A stretch of DNA of 64,000 bases, taken from assembly GCA_049724395.1 (NCBI GenBank), contig JAUGWO010000130.1:1-64000 (forward strand). Direction: 5' to 3'. This document shows, one piece after another, positions 39,186 through 50,339 of this stretch. This DNA is from Spongospora subterranea f. sp. subterranea. Lineage: Eukaryota. The first letter of the stretch is position 1. The number at the start of each line of letters is the position of its first letter. A program made the translations under genes and the position numbers. Below the pieces are notes generated by a model that was given only the letters and a program-made list of their open reading frames with translations, searched no databases and was not told the origin of the DNA.

Positions 39186-40282
39186 GATCATCCCCCTTGA
39201 TCACACTTTTGACGGTGCCGTTGGCTTGTCGATTACTTCCATTCTGATTTGGAGAAAAATGGGTCACCAAATTCGAAGTTTAATTTCAGTACCGTTTCTA
39301 CCATTCTATATCCCATCAAATTCGTCTTCCCGCTTTTAGCCGTCAACCTCCTCAATGCGCCTCTTTATACACAACATACCGGTCTGTTGAAGATCTTTCT
39401 GCCCCAGATGACCCATGTCTAATTCGCTTGACGTCTATTTCGTGGGCTCGTGCCCAGATCCTGGAACGCCCTCGCGTTCCGAAGCGATTCAAGAGCGTGG
39501 TTCAATAACAATTCGGACAGCGTCAACCTGCGCCTTGAATATCTTCGTCATGACCAAATTTCGCCGCCACCGCAGTTGAGGTGCTCGGTCTGCTCAGCAA
39601 ACACCACTGCGCCGTCTCGTTGAGCTCGGACAGGAGTGGATAATGTGGGACCATTATTTTTGAACTTCATGATCTTCTGGCTGACCACTGGAGGCCTTAA
39701 ACCCGATTCATCCTTGTCGCTGGGCGATGATCCCGATCGACGGGAGAGAAACTGCAGGAGATGGCGAGCGTTCCATCGGCAACTCTATGCGCCGATTCTT
39801 CTGGTGTTGTTTTCCGACATACAGCCCCAATTCGGCCAACACTGAAATCGAGATTGCAACGGCAGTGTTTCGATTGGCCTCGGGCGGCAAGCTGTAGGTC
39901 GGAAAACAACACCACATCGACAACGCCCACATAAGGAGTTGCGGGCGATCCGCCGTCGTTGACGAACGTCAATTTGCTTGGACACGGATCCCACGCCGAT
40001 TGCTTGAGGTTGACCGTTATGATATCGGTATGCAACCGTATTGTTGCATCACAAACTTGCGGTCAAAAGTGCAACTGGGTGCTACAGTGTTGGCCCATCT
40101 GTCGTACAAATAGACTTTCGGGCATGAACCGGACACGAACACCCATGTCGGCCAGGGCTGCAATAACCTTGTCCGCATTGAGAACCATGATGGCTCCAGG
40201 ACCCGCGGCTTACACTGCCGGACGTTGACAACCGTCGGGGCGCGCGAACTCGATACCCAGTCAAGGAATATATCCCGGACCC

Positions 40283-40410
40283 CGGCCCACGCCGCGCCAG
40301 TTGTCCACGGGGGTGTCGATTAAACTGGGGACCGTGGGAGCGGACTCGCTGTGTTGATTGTCCACGGGGGGTGTCGATTAAACTGGAAACCGTGGGAGCG
40401 GACTCCCGGT
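40283..40410. repeat. Two-copy direct repeat, about 57-bp period
   Basis: TTGTCCACGGGGG(G)TGTCGATTAAACTGG..ACCGTGGGAGCGGACTC x2, just upstream of the F-box/ankyrin ORF. Confidence 0.8.
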
Positions 40411-40452
40411 GTTACAGTTGATGGCGATGAAGACACATGACGGTGGCTCAAC

Positions 40453-41460
40453 ATGTCGATATCGGACCCTAATACAGTAAGACGTCTGCCCAGCAACGTC
40501 CTTGTCGAAATCTTCAAGTTTCTTCATGTGTCGTGGATTGACTTCTCGTTTTTCGAGGAGTTTTCAATCGAATTCGGCATTGTGGTCCGCTCTCGTGCCA
40601 AATTTTACCGGAAAAACACTGGACTCCTCGACGCTATACAATACCATGAGCCGTACGACACAATGATGAATAATATTTCTAGTTCTTTTTTCGCTTTGTT
40701 TCTGAATTACATATCAATGTTGGCAATAAATGATTTTCAATAATTTTGATTTTTGAGAAGCAGGTTGTTACACTGGCACTGTCATTCAAAATGTTTGTTT
40801 TTCAAATTTTGAAATTTGTCAATATCGTGTTTTTTGTGTTGGTTGTCTCGATGCGCTTTCTTTATTCTCGAACATTGTTCTTTTTTCCGTATCTGTGTTC
40901 AACTGTAATCAGGGCTGATTGGGTCGAACTGCTTTTGAAGCCGGTGCGAATCCCGCCGCTCGTGACTACCGCAGTAGGACGGCGTTGATCTGTGCCGCAA
41001 TCAATTGCGAATGCGAGTAAGACTTTCACGATATCGAATCTATGAAGACTGAGATTGTTCAGTGTGAATATTGGTCTACTTTTGCTGCAGTACGGGGCAG
41101 ATATCAATGCTGCCGATGACAGTGGGCGAACGGCGCTAGTCAACGCTTCGGAGTGTGGCAGGTATGCCTTTGCTTTCGAGTTTCGTTTTTTTCTTCACAT
41201 TTTGTGGTTGCTGCAAAATCTATACTGAAGGCCATTAGCCTGAGTTCTTTTATCTTTTTCGGTTGCCACTGACATTCACAACATCGTATTTCGATATCTC
41301 GTTTTTTGCCGATATCATTGGGGATATTCTCTTTTCTAGATTGTCATTCCTCTTCCGTATCTGAGTTTAACTGTGTTAGGACTAATTGGGTCGAAATGCT
41401 CTTGAAGCACGGGGCGGACATTGACGCTCGTGGCGAGAATACGTGTAATAACAATTGAAA
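40453..41460 (+). pseudogene. F-box-like plus ankyrin-repeat gene, probably degenerate
   Basis: RRLPSNVLVEIFKFL (F-box-like start); LLLQYGADINAADDSGRTAL; MLLKHGADIDAR. Confidence 0.55.
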
Positions 41461-42246
41461 GAATAATGGTCACCCTTGTTGGTGTTTCCTCGGCGGTCAC
41501 GTCCACTCTGAATCAGGAAGAAAGGTGATTAAGTGGTGTCCAAATCCTTTTTTTTTTAATAAACGCTTTGAATTCTTTATTGGCAATAATGTTCGTTTTT
41601 CCGCCTGCCGAGGGCAGGTTCAGGAAGATCATCCGGCCAGCCGCCCCAAGTCTGCTTCTCTTGACGTCTCTCTCAACTGCTCTGCCAATGTCCATATTGT
41701 GCCCGGTTGATTTCCCCATGCGCTCGGGGCACCGACCACAGCTGGACCAACAACTGCGGGAGCAACTACAGCTGCACCAACGATGGCCAAACGCGACCTT
41801 TCGACAAAGGACATCCGTTCCATCTTGCCACCATATCCCCCCTATCCTTGATCGCATTTCATCACAAGTCATTGCCATTCCCTATTCCTCACCAAGGTCC
41901 GAGACAGTCGGTTGACCACCCCATTATCGCATTTCATCACAAGTCGGTGGTCCATTTGTGTGCATTGGGGCGAAGGTCTGACGGTGACTTAGATATTGCA
42001 TCGATTGATGATGCCCAGTTAACCGAATGCGGATGTCGGCGATTGTAAATTAATAGCGGTTTTGTTGATACAATGAGTTGGGAGCGCACCGCTTAACGGC
42101 TGCCTCGGTATCATGACAGTGGTAAATTCAGGACTCATTGAACGGGAACGTTTCAGACTAATGATGCTCTGCACAATCGAAGGAAGGTGCTCATCCAACT
42201 AACGTTCGCCAAACTACAAAATAGTGCCAAGTAAGTATGTAATAAT

Positions 42247-43530
42247 TTAAAGAGCAGCGGTGATTTGCGTTGAACAATAGGGACATGACCCAAACACGGT
42301 TTGGAAAGATTGGCGCGAATTTGGAATCGCCTTCAGCCATTCAATCAGACATGAATTATGAAATGGCCTTCCACATCGAACATTATCGCAGATACGATCA
42401 GCCACGACCTGATCAAACATTTAGATAATGCAGGAAATAAATAAGGGACATTACGCCGTCATGCTCCGGAGCGTAGCAAATACCGCATTCCAATAAAAAC
42501 TCGGTGTCCTCTCCTTGGACCTTTTTGGCTGGAAGTTTCAAGTTGAGTATGGCCTCCAGATTCTCGCGAGGCAGTAAACGCTCATCCCAGTCTGACGATT
42601 TCAACATTAGCCGCTCCATGAGAGGCATGACAGCGCTTTCCGGGCCTATGAAACGGCATTCTGGAAAACGAAATGGCGCGGACGGATTGATGTTGATCAA
42701 AACTGAACAATGATCTTCCATTGCGACCCGGCGGGATTTTGACGATCGTGTTGGATTTTCAGGTTCAATAACGTGGCAGAATTTATCGATGTCCTCGAGA
42801 ACACACCAGAAATTGTCGAATTGCGATATCGCGGAAATACATTGTTGAACGATATGATGTAATGTAGATTTTGTCGACCAGGATAACTGAAATTCGTCCG
42901 GCATATCGACTAGACACTCGGGTGCACTAACGGGGTAGTCGGGCTCCAACCGAACACTGAATACGTGATTTCGCCCTCGCTCATCGCTGTTGCAATATTC
43001 ATAGTCTGGTTTTGAAGATTCGGTAATCGACTCACAGGATTCTAAGGCGTAATCTGGCCAGACTAGGGTCAAGCTCTTCAACATGATCCCACCCGATCGA
43101 ACCAATTTCTTTGATAATACATTCGTAATATTTTTTGCTAGGATATTTGTCCACTGAAATTGCCCTATTATCCGATATATTAGGACCGCATCCGACGATA
43201 CGCTCCTAGATACGATGCGTTCAGGAACAACAGAACCGAAACTGAGTGTGAAAGTGGTCAAACCATAATGTCTTGAATCTCAACGAGAAATTCTGCAAGA
43301 TTGTCATGGTTACTATACTGGGACATTCGCTGCTGTATCAAATCCGAAACAAGATCGGATGAAGTGGAGCAAGCGTTATGTACCAGGTTGATGAGCGACT
43401 GATCGCATTGAAACTCCAATGCATCCTTAGACGTATTACATCGAATGGGGTATTGGCGATTGAATATCTTCAATAAACCGATGAACCATGGCGAACCCGA
43501 CTGTGGATCTTCTGGTAACAATATGCTCAT
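42247..43530 (-). CDS. FANCL: E3 ubiquitin ligase FANCL, 376 aa: complement(join(42247..42408,42455..42986,43036..43205,43264..43530))
   Basis: Four in-frame exons (1131 nt); EIGSIGWDHV, DERGRNH, YPVSAP, FWCVLEDID, EPENPTRS..RR, PECRFIG; RING CGICY..C..C..FH..CL.EWL..GSCPYC. Confidence 0.92.
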
Positions 43531-44285
43531 GACATGTATGTGTAGCGTGTGTACTTGTTTAGTACACCGAGAGTGGTCAATTGGGAGGGTTGCGTCATGA
43601 GTCATGACGTGTATGTGTATCGTGTGTACTTGTGTAGTACACAGACAGTGGTCAAGGATAAGGATTGGGAGGGTTGCGTCATGAGTCATGACATGTATGT
43701 GTAGCGTGTGTACCTTATCCATGACCACTCTCGGTGTACAGTACTACACAAGTACACACGCTACACATACATGTCATGACTCTTGACCCAACCCTCCCAA
43801 TCCTTATCCTTGACTACTGTCGGTGTACTACACAACTACACAAGTACACGCAACCCTCCCAATCAGTACACCGACAGTGGTCAAGGATAAGGATTGGGAG
43901 GGTTGCGTCATGAGCCATGACATGTATGTGTAGCGTGTGTACTTGTGTAGTACACCGACAGTAGTCAAGGATAAGGATTGGGAGGGTTGCGTCATGAGTC
44001 ATGACATGGATGTGTAGCGTGTGTACTTGTGTAGTATACCGAGAGTGGTCAAGGATAAGGATTTGGAGGGTTGCGTCATGAGCCATGACATGTATGTGTA
44101 GCGTGTGTACTTGTGTAGTACACCGAGAGTGGTCAAGGATAAGGATTGGGAGGGTTGCGTCATGAGCCATGACATGTATGTGTAGCGTGTGTACTTGTGT
44201 AGTACACCGACAGTGGTCAAGGATAAGGATTGGGAGGGTTGCGTCATGAGTCATGACATGTATGTGTAGCGTGTGTACTTGTGTA
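43528..44285. repeat. 84-bp minisatellite, left block, with an internal inverted segment at about 43715-43865
   Basis: Unit GTAGTACACCGACAGTGGTCAAGGATAAGGATTGGGAGGGTTGCGTCATGAG(T/C)CATGACATGTATGTGTAGCGTGTGTACTTGT. Confidence 0.95.
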
Positions 44286-47200
44286 CCGTAGATGACAATA
44301 TTATCCATCTGACAAAATTCGCAAAACTCCGTGGAAATGACAAAATTCGTGCCATTTTCTAGAGATTTGGTGACAGAATTATCCCATCTGAGAGCCCTTG
44401 CAATGACAAAATTGAAAATTTTATCCATTTGGCGACCTGACAGTGAGGAAAAGTCCGAGCGGCGCAACCCTCTTATTTGATGTTCGGATGGTATGTACAT
44501 GTACCTTCCGCGCTCGGGCGGATTCAATTTTGAACCTTTTTGAACCCTGAACCTTTTTGAACCCGCACTGGCACACAGTCATCCATGGATACACCTGGTG
44601 TTGTAGCGGGGGGGGTTCCATTTCTTGCTGGATGTTATCAATATCTCTATCTACTGATTAAATATGTTATACGATCAGTCATGAACATGCCATATTGGAC
44701 GTTCATAATATTACATCTATCGATTGATCGCTGTGTATCAGACCGCAAAGGACAATCACAAACTATTATTTTTTTCAAAATATATCAAGTACTTTCCACA
44801 TTCATTATTCAATCATTTGATTTATTAATCAAAAACAAAAGATAGATGGATCATTGAGAACCGCCAACACGTCATGTGCATGACTAATCGTTAAAAGACG
44901 TAGCCACGAGAAATATCCCACGCCTGGAATATGATACCCGATGAAATCCAGTTGTTAATCATCCTCTTCAACGAGGTTGCTTTCCAGCTTCTTAACCAAT
45001 TTCAATATTACGTGATGAGGACCGATGAAGACTTCATCATGATACTTTCTTCGAGGTTTTTTAGAAATTCGTAGGGGTCGCCCTTCAATGCATACGACCT
45101 CTTGTTGGACTAAGCAATTCACCGCATTGAGGATGTGAAAGGGCACAAAGTGAAAACAAATAGGCGGAGCAGTAGGCCATTATACCGTTCTTGAGTCAGT
45201 TGAATGACTTTTGTCAAATCACCATGTCACCATTCAAAATCTTTTATCAAAACAGGCTCGCATTTACCTTCGTCATCATCTGCTTCAAGATAATAATTTC
45301 CCCAAACACAGGGATATATTACCGGTTTCATCTCGTTCAACTTATTCCATTCGATTAAATCAATGATCCCGTATTCCCCATCGTCGATGTCAATCGCTGC
45401 AAAATGTCAATGACTCAAGCGTTGAACCGGCAGAACTGTAACGCCGGCAGCAGATGTTTCTGCAGTGCCCCGACAAGAAGTCGGTCGTAATTTGCTCGCT
45501 CTATAATGTAAACAGCGATAATGAACGCTTCCATCTTTACGTGAACGATGGAAAATTAAATTTCTCGAGTTGAAAATAATGCCGTTGCTGTTTGGTGCTG
45601 GATTCTTTTTTGGTACAGAATGTAGCAAATATAGCATTCCCCGGAGACTCTCCGGAGTTTCTCTGACTGATGAGGTGGATAGAAGCTGATGTATCCATGG
45701 ATGACTGTGTGTCAGTGCGGGTTCAAAAAGGTTCAGGGTTCAAAAAGGTTCAAAATTGAGTCTATCCCCGCGCTCTACTGGTACCTCCATCGACATCGTC
45801 CTGGAACAATACCACATGATCTGTATATATTAAACATACTTGTGCTTTGGTCAGGTGTGTCGTCAATCTTCATCACTGACTCATCAGTGATTACTTTAGA
45901 CGTTCAGAGCTTTAGTGAAATAGCGAATGAGTTGTCAAATGTGGACAATATTCCATGTAGCTTTGTTTATTGGTTGTATTTACAACTTCAGAGCCTGCTG
46001 GTGTTTGAGCATTGCCGCGTACAAACTGTTCGTAGCAAGGTCGTCCAAATGGCGTCGGAACTCTGCGAGTGAAACGCTCCACGGGTCTTGCCCACATTTG
46101 ATGAATGCGTTCGCTATCCACTTCGACATCTCTGATTGAACAAAACAGGTTTTGAGCGGATCGGCGTTTGGTTTCATGTTCCATCAGGGCATCTAGTTTT
46201 GAAGCCAAATCAAAATTGTTTTTATGCGATGACAGCCATTTCAAAAGTATCTTCTGATTTCCCGCTGCTTTCTCCGGCTCTTTGCCGCCAGGAATTGATG
46301 ATTGGTGGACTTTTGTCAACGGGGTAACGTCCGGCCGAGGAACGCCGTCGCGTGACGAAAACGACCACTTCTCCGTCTTTTTCCGCTGGGCCAAAACAAT
46401 GAAAATCGGTAGAGTATGAATTGAAAGAGTTACAACCTTGGCAGGATGTTCTTGACCGATAGCCATCACAACTTCAGTTCGCCTCAAGAGATTCAGATAG
46501 ACAGTTGCTGGTAAACAAAGGCTCTCAGAGCCTAGCAAAGCACCGAAGTGGTTCAGCTGATTTCGCTGACACGCGATTTCCGATTGGAGATGCCACTGAT
46601 TTGACTTCCCAAATGTATAAGAACAAATGCATTAACCAGTGGAAGCCGAACAAGAATCCGTCAGTAATGATGCTGGATCGGTAGAGTCGAGCATCATTAC
46701 TGACGGTCGGAACACTTCACCAAACACATTTATGGTTATGACATCGATGCCGAGGACAGCAGTGACAAAAAACGGCGTTGTTTCATCCGCATACTTCTTT
46801 GGATCCCCAAGGTGCGTGTTTGCGTAATCCTTCGCATTTTGTGCCCAATCACTGTATTTACTTAAGGGGTGACATCGAACCTCTTCCCTCAAAACTTCGC
46901 GAAACATATGTTCCTTCAACGCAAGTCCGTTGGCAAAAGGGACTGAAGGGTGTTTCGCCAATGCATGGTAGAAGCAGGCACCGTCCCCTGCAACATCAGA
47001 AAACCTCAAAATAACGGGGTACACGTCTGTCCCGGTACTCGAGCGAAACTCATAAACATAGGACATGAGGTTCGAGAGACAGATTTGAATTCGGTAGTGG
47101 GTTCCCGCAGAATGACACGATATTTTTCTTGCCGTCAAAAGTGCGTGAAAAAGTGCGATGAGCAAAAACGGAAATTTTTCCAGGTGGCATGACAAAATTA

Positions 47201-47333
47201 TTCAATTTTTCAGATTGTTTATGACAAAATTTTTTCCATTTTTACCGCACGAATAAAAAAAGTATATATGCCGTGACATTATTAGCATCCATCTACGGAC
47301 CTAAATGTGGATGGATAATATTGTCATCTACGG
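44286..47333 (-). mobile_element. TA-TSD TIR DNA transposon (probably Tc1/mariner-pogo type) carrying an OTU protease domain; defective
   Basis: Perfect 24-bp TIR CCGTAGATGACAATATTATCCATC; TA duplicated inside a satellite unit; minus strand DVAGDGACFYHAL...NHFGAL (OTU); C-terminal KWIANAFIKCG reminiscent of a pogo transposase tail. Confidence 0.8.
44516..45767. mobile_element. Nested non-autonomous TIR element with an 8-bp TSD (MULE- or Merlin-like)
   Basis: TSD CCGCGCTC at 44508-44515 and 45768-45775; about 75-bp TIRs starting GG with internal TGAACC repeats; FLYWCH/WRKY-like HYRCLHY..SCRGTA fragment on the minus strand. Confidence 0.8.
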
Positions 47334-47662
47334 TAGTACACCGACAGTGGTCAAGGATAAGGATTGGGAGGGTTGCGTCATGAGCCATGACATGTATGTG
47401 TAGCGTGTGTACTTGTGTAGTACACCCACAGTGGTCAAGGATAAGGATTGGGAGGGTTGCGTCATGAGCCATGACATGTATGTGTAGCGTGTGTACTTGT
47501 GTAGTACACCGACAGTGGTCAAGGATAAGGATTGGGAGGGTTGCGTCATGAGTCATGACATGTATGTGTAGCGTGTGTACTTGTGTAGTACACCGACAGT
47601 GGTCAAGGATAAGGATTGGGAGGGTTGCGTCATGAGTCAAAAATGTATGTGTAGCGTGTGTA
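47334..47662. repeat. 84-bp minisatellite, right block, about 4 copies
   Basis: Same unit as 43528-44285, resuming in phase after the TA duplication. Confidence 0.95.
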
Positions 47663-48800
47663 CAGTAAGCATTCGCTTAAGTCCGCGGTTTTTTAAGTCC
47701 GCATCGCGCATTGTAATGAACAAAAATGTGGATCAACATGTACAAGGCTTCAATCGAGGACCGAGACACCGAGTTCCAAGGGAATCACCGTTGCTCATCA
47801 TTGTAATCATGACTGGTGATCGAGAATGGTTTTATTACGCGTTGCTCGTTCCTGTTGGGCATCACATCATCAATGAACACAACATGGAACAGAAAGTTTC
47901 GATTATTATTCGGAGTCTCGTTTGGTGCACTACTAACAGTGTGGGGTCTGCTTTCTCAGACGGAAAGCATCAACCGTTCCGGCGAGAGCATCTTTTGTGG
48001 GCTCTATACTTTTTGAAAACATATTCCAAGGAATCTGTTGCAGCGATATTTTTCGCATCACCGAAAAAACATATCGAAAATGCGTTATAGTTTTGGTCGA
48101 GGCTATTAGCATGTTAGAGCTGGTATGTTCTTGTAAGATTTTGATAACTCTTTCTATTCTAAACATACTTGTTCTCTTCACAGATACACTTTGATGATCG
48201 ATGGAATAATTGGCAAAATCTTGTGCCATCTTGTTATGTTGACGGTGTTGACTTCCAAGTGTTTGAGCGTTCGACATGGACGAAGAATGATTTTAGCCAT
48301 AAGTTCGGACACGCAGGTTTGCGGTATGAAATCGCCACAGCACTTGGATGTTCGAAAATCGTGCATATAGCAGGTGGGGTGCCCTGTGGATTGTGGCCGG
48401 ACCTGAAGTTAGCCAGACATTGTCTGGTTCCAAGAATGATCCCAGGTGAAAAGGCGTGCGCTGATAAGGGATATCGTGATGGTCATGAAAGATTTCTCAC
48501 ATCGTTTCCCAGAGCAGAGGCAACCCCTTTGCAGAGGCAGATAAATTCTGAAATTCATTTGATTGGAGCAAGGCACGAATCGATCAATGCCAGAATGAAA
48601 AATTTTGGATGCCTTTCTGCTCGGTTTTTTCGGCACGGACGAGAATTTCATCCTGTCTGTTTTACAGCATGCGCCAATCTTGTCCAATTATTGATGAAGA
48701 CGGAACCGCTGTTTGAGCTACTTCCAGCTCTTAAGAAAAAGAGAGAAGCCCAACGAAAACATGGCGATTGATTACGGAAAATAAAATGTTAGATCAACAT
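47663..48800 (+). mobile_element. IS5/ISL2EU/Harbinger-type (DDE_Tnp_4-like) transposase with an intron; 5' exon frameshifted
   Basis: HLLWALYFLKTY; VDGVDF, SHKFGHAGLRYE, WPDL, ADKGY, ARHESIN..MKNFGCL; intron at about 48123-48183. Confidence 0.8.
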
Positions 48801-48935
48801 TTTTCAATCAATAACCTATAGCTGGCTGAGATTTACCGTAGCCTCCAGACCCTATACGCACTGATTATTCCCTGGTCACATTGTGGGTGGGTCACCCGGT
48901 CATGACCCAGGTCTACTAGGGGCAAATTTATTCAC

Positions 48936-49156
48936 AAAATATTCGATTTTCCCGCATGATTTTCGGCCCCGGAAAATCGATTTTCAGACGCTGAAAATCC
49001 CCCGGGAAAATCCATTTCGCGAATGGGGTGTCAAATATAAAAGGGGGGAAACCAGTTGCCCTTGATTTTGGCGCCAAAACCCGTCGCCTTTTTTTGGCGC
49101 CAACTTCCCGGAATCGATTTTCCGGGGCCGAAAATCATGCGGGAAAATCGAATATT
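48936..49156. repeat. 46-bp inverted repeat (MITE-like or fold-back)
   Basis: AAATATTCGATTTTCCCGCATGATTTTCGGCCCCGGAAAATCGATT and its reverse complement at about 49112-49156. Confidence 0.8.
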
Positions 49157-49239
49157 TAGTCTGCGAGTATCCAAGCATCTCGCGCGGTTGAACCGCGCGC
49201 GGTAGAAAAAAACCACCGGTCAATGAGCGGTATACAGTC

Positions 49240-49950
49240 AAGAGCAAATGAAAGTTGTGTTCAAGAATAAACCTTACAATGATGGACAGTATATGAGGAT
49301 TTGTCGGATTGGAGTTGCTAGCATAGAGAGCCAACAGAACGGTGATCTTTATATCAGGACTACGGCAGGATCCAACGGTAGGGATTTCTACAAAGTGTCA
49401 GAACTGCTCGAACCGTCAACTGCAGACAAACAGTTGAGTGTTAAAGTCCTAAGGATGCTCTAGAGCCGCTAATTTTGTAGGCGACAACAATGAGGATATT
49501 TTTAGTCATTGGGATTTGTACAACCATGATGATGTTATTATTGGGGAAGATTTCCCAGAAGACAGTTTGAGGTCAATGGAAGACATGATTGACAATGGAT
49601 TGCCTTCAGAATGGCAAAGTCGACAAAGGAAGTTGATATGGAAGTATCGAACTGTTTGGAAAAGGTCGCTGAGACCTGATCCACCTGCAAAAATGTCACC
49701 TTTTTCGTAACGAACCTGAGGGAAGGAGTTGAACCTGTTTGGTGCGAATCCCGACGGTACAGCAAGGGACATTGTAAGTTCCTGGAGACATTTGTTTGTC
49801 AGCCTTATGGAGAAATATGGATTGAGTTATGGCTCCCATAATTCTTGTTTTAGATAAACTGCATAAACAAGGTAAAACCGGTTTCAGCTTTCTGACGCTT
49901 GCCTACGAGATAATTCTGGTTTGTGTGATTTCCGTCAGACAAACAAGGTA
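49240..49950 (+). mobile_element. Gypsy pol fragment (pre-RT region)
   Basis: DMIDNGLP...YRTVWKRSLRPDPPAKMSPF, resembling oomycete-type Gypsy pol. Confidence 0.55.
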
Positions 49951-50339
49951 TTTTTGGGCAAAACGGCCACGCCAGGGTCCATTTCGTTTTTGATACTAAG
50001 ATTTTCAGGAAATTATCGTAAGCGTTTCATGATTTCCGAATATCTATTACTTGCAGACCAGTTCATTCGGCGTATCGGAACTCCACAAGCGCCATCAGCA
50101 GGGTCCGCCCATAACCGAGCTCGTTCATATCCAGGAACCCTTGCTGGCCAGTGTCAAAACGGAAATTGGGTCTGTCAGTAAGATGGGATAATTGGCAATT
50201 GCCAAATCGTATCGCCCGTGATCCGACACTAATTCAGACCGAAATACACAACTTTCCTAAGGCGGATCGGCTGAGTGATATTGAATATGAAGCAATAGTC
50301 GAGATGGTTTAATACTACAAATGAAATAGCCATTATCAT

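Noticed and set aside
42413..43261. FANCL as a frameshifted pseudogene
   Set aside because: The apparent frame changes resolve with GT-AG introns at 43206-43263, 42987-43035 and 42409-42454.
43814..47640. His/Cys-rich 28-aa repeat ORFs, or the 84-bp array as a CRISPR array
   Set aside because: They are translations of a stop-free satellite interrupted by transposons, and the units have no spacers.
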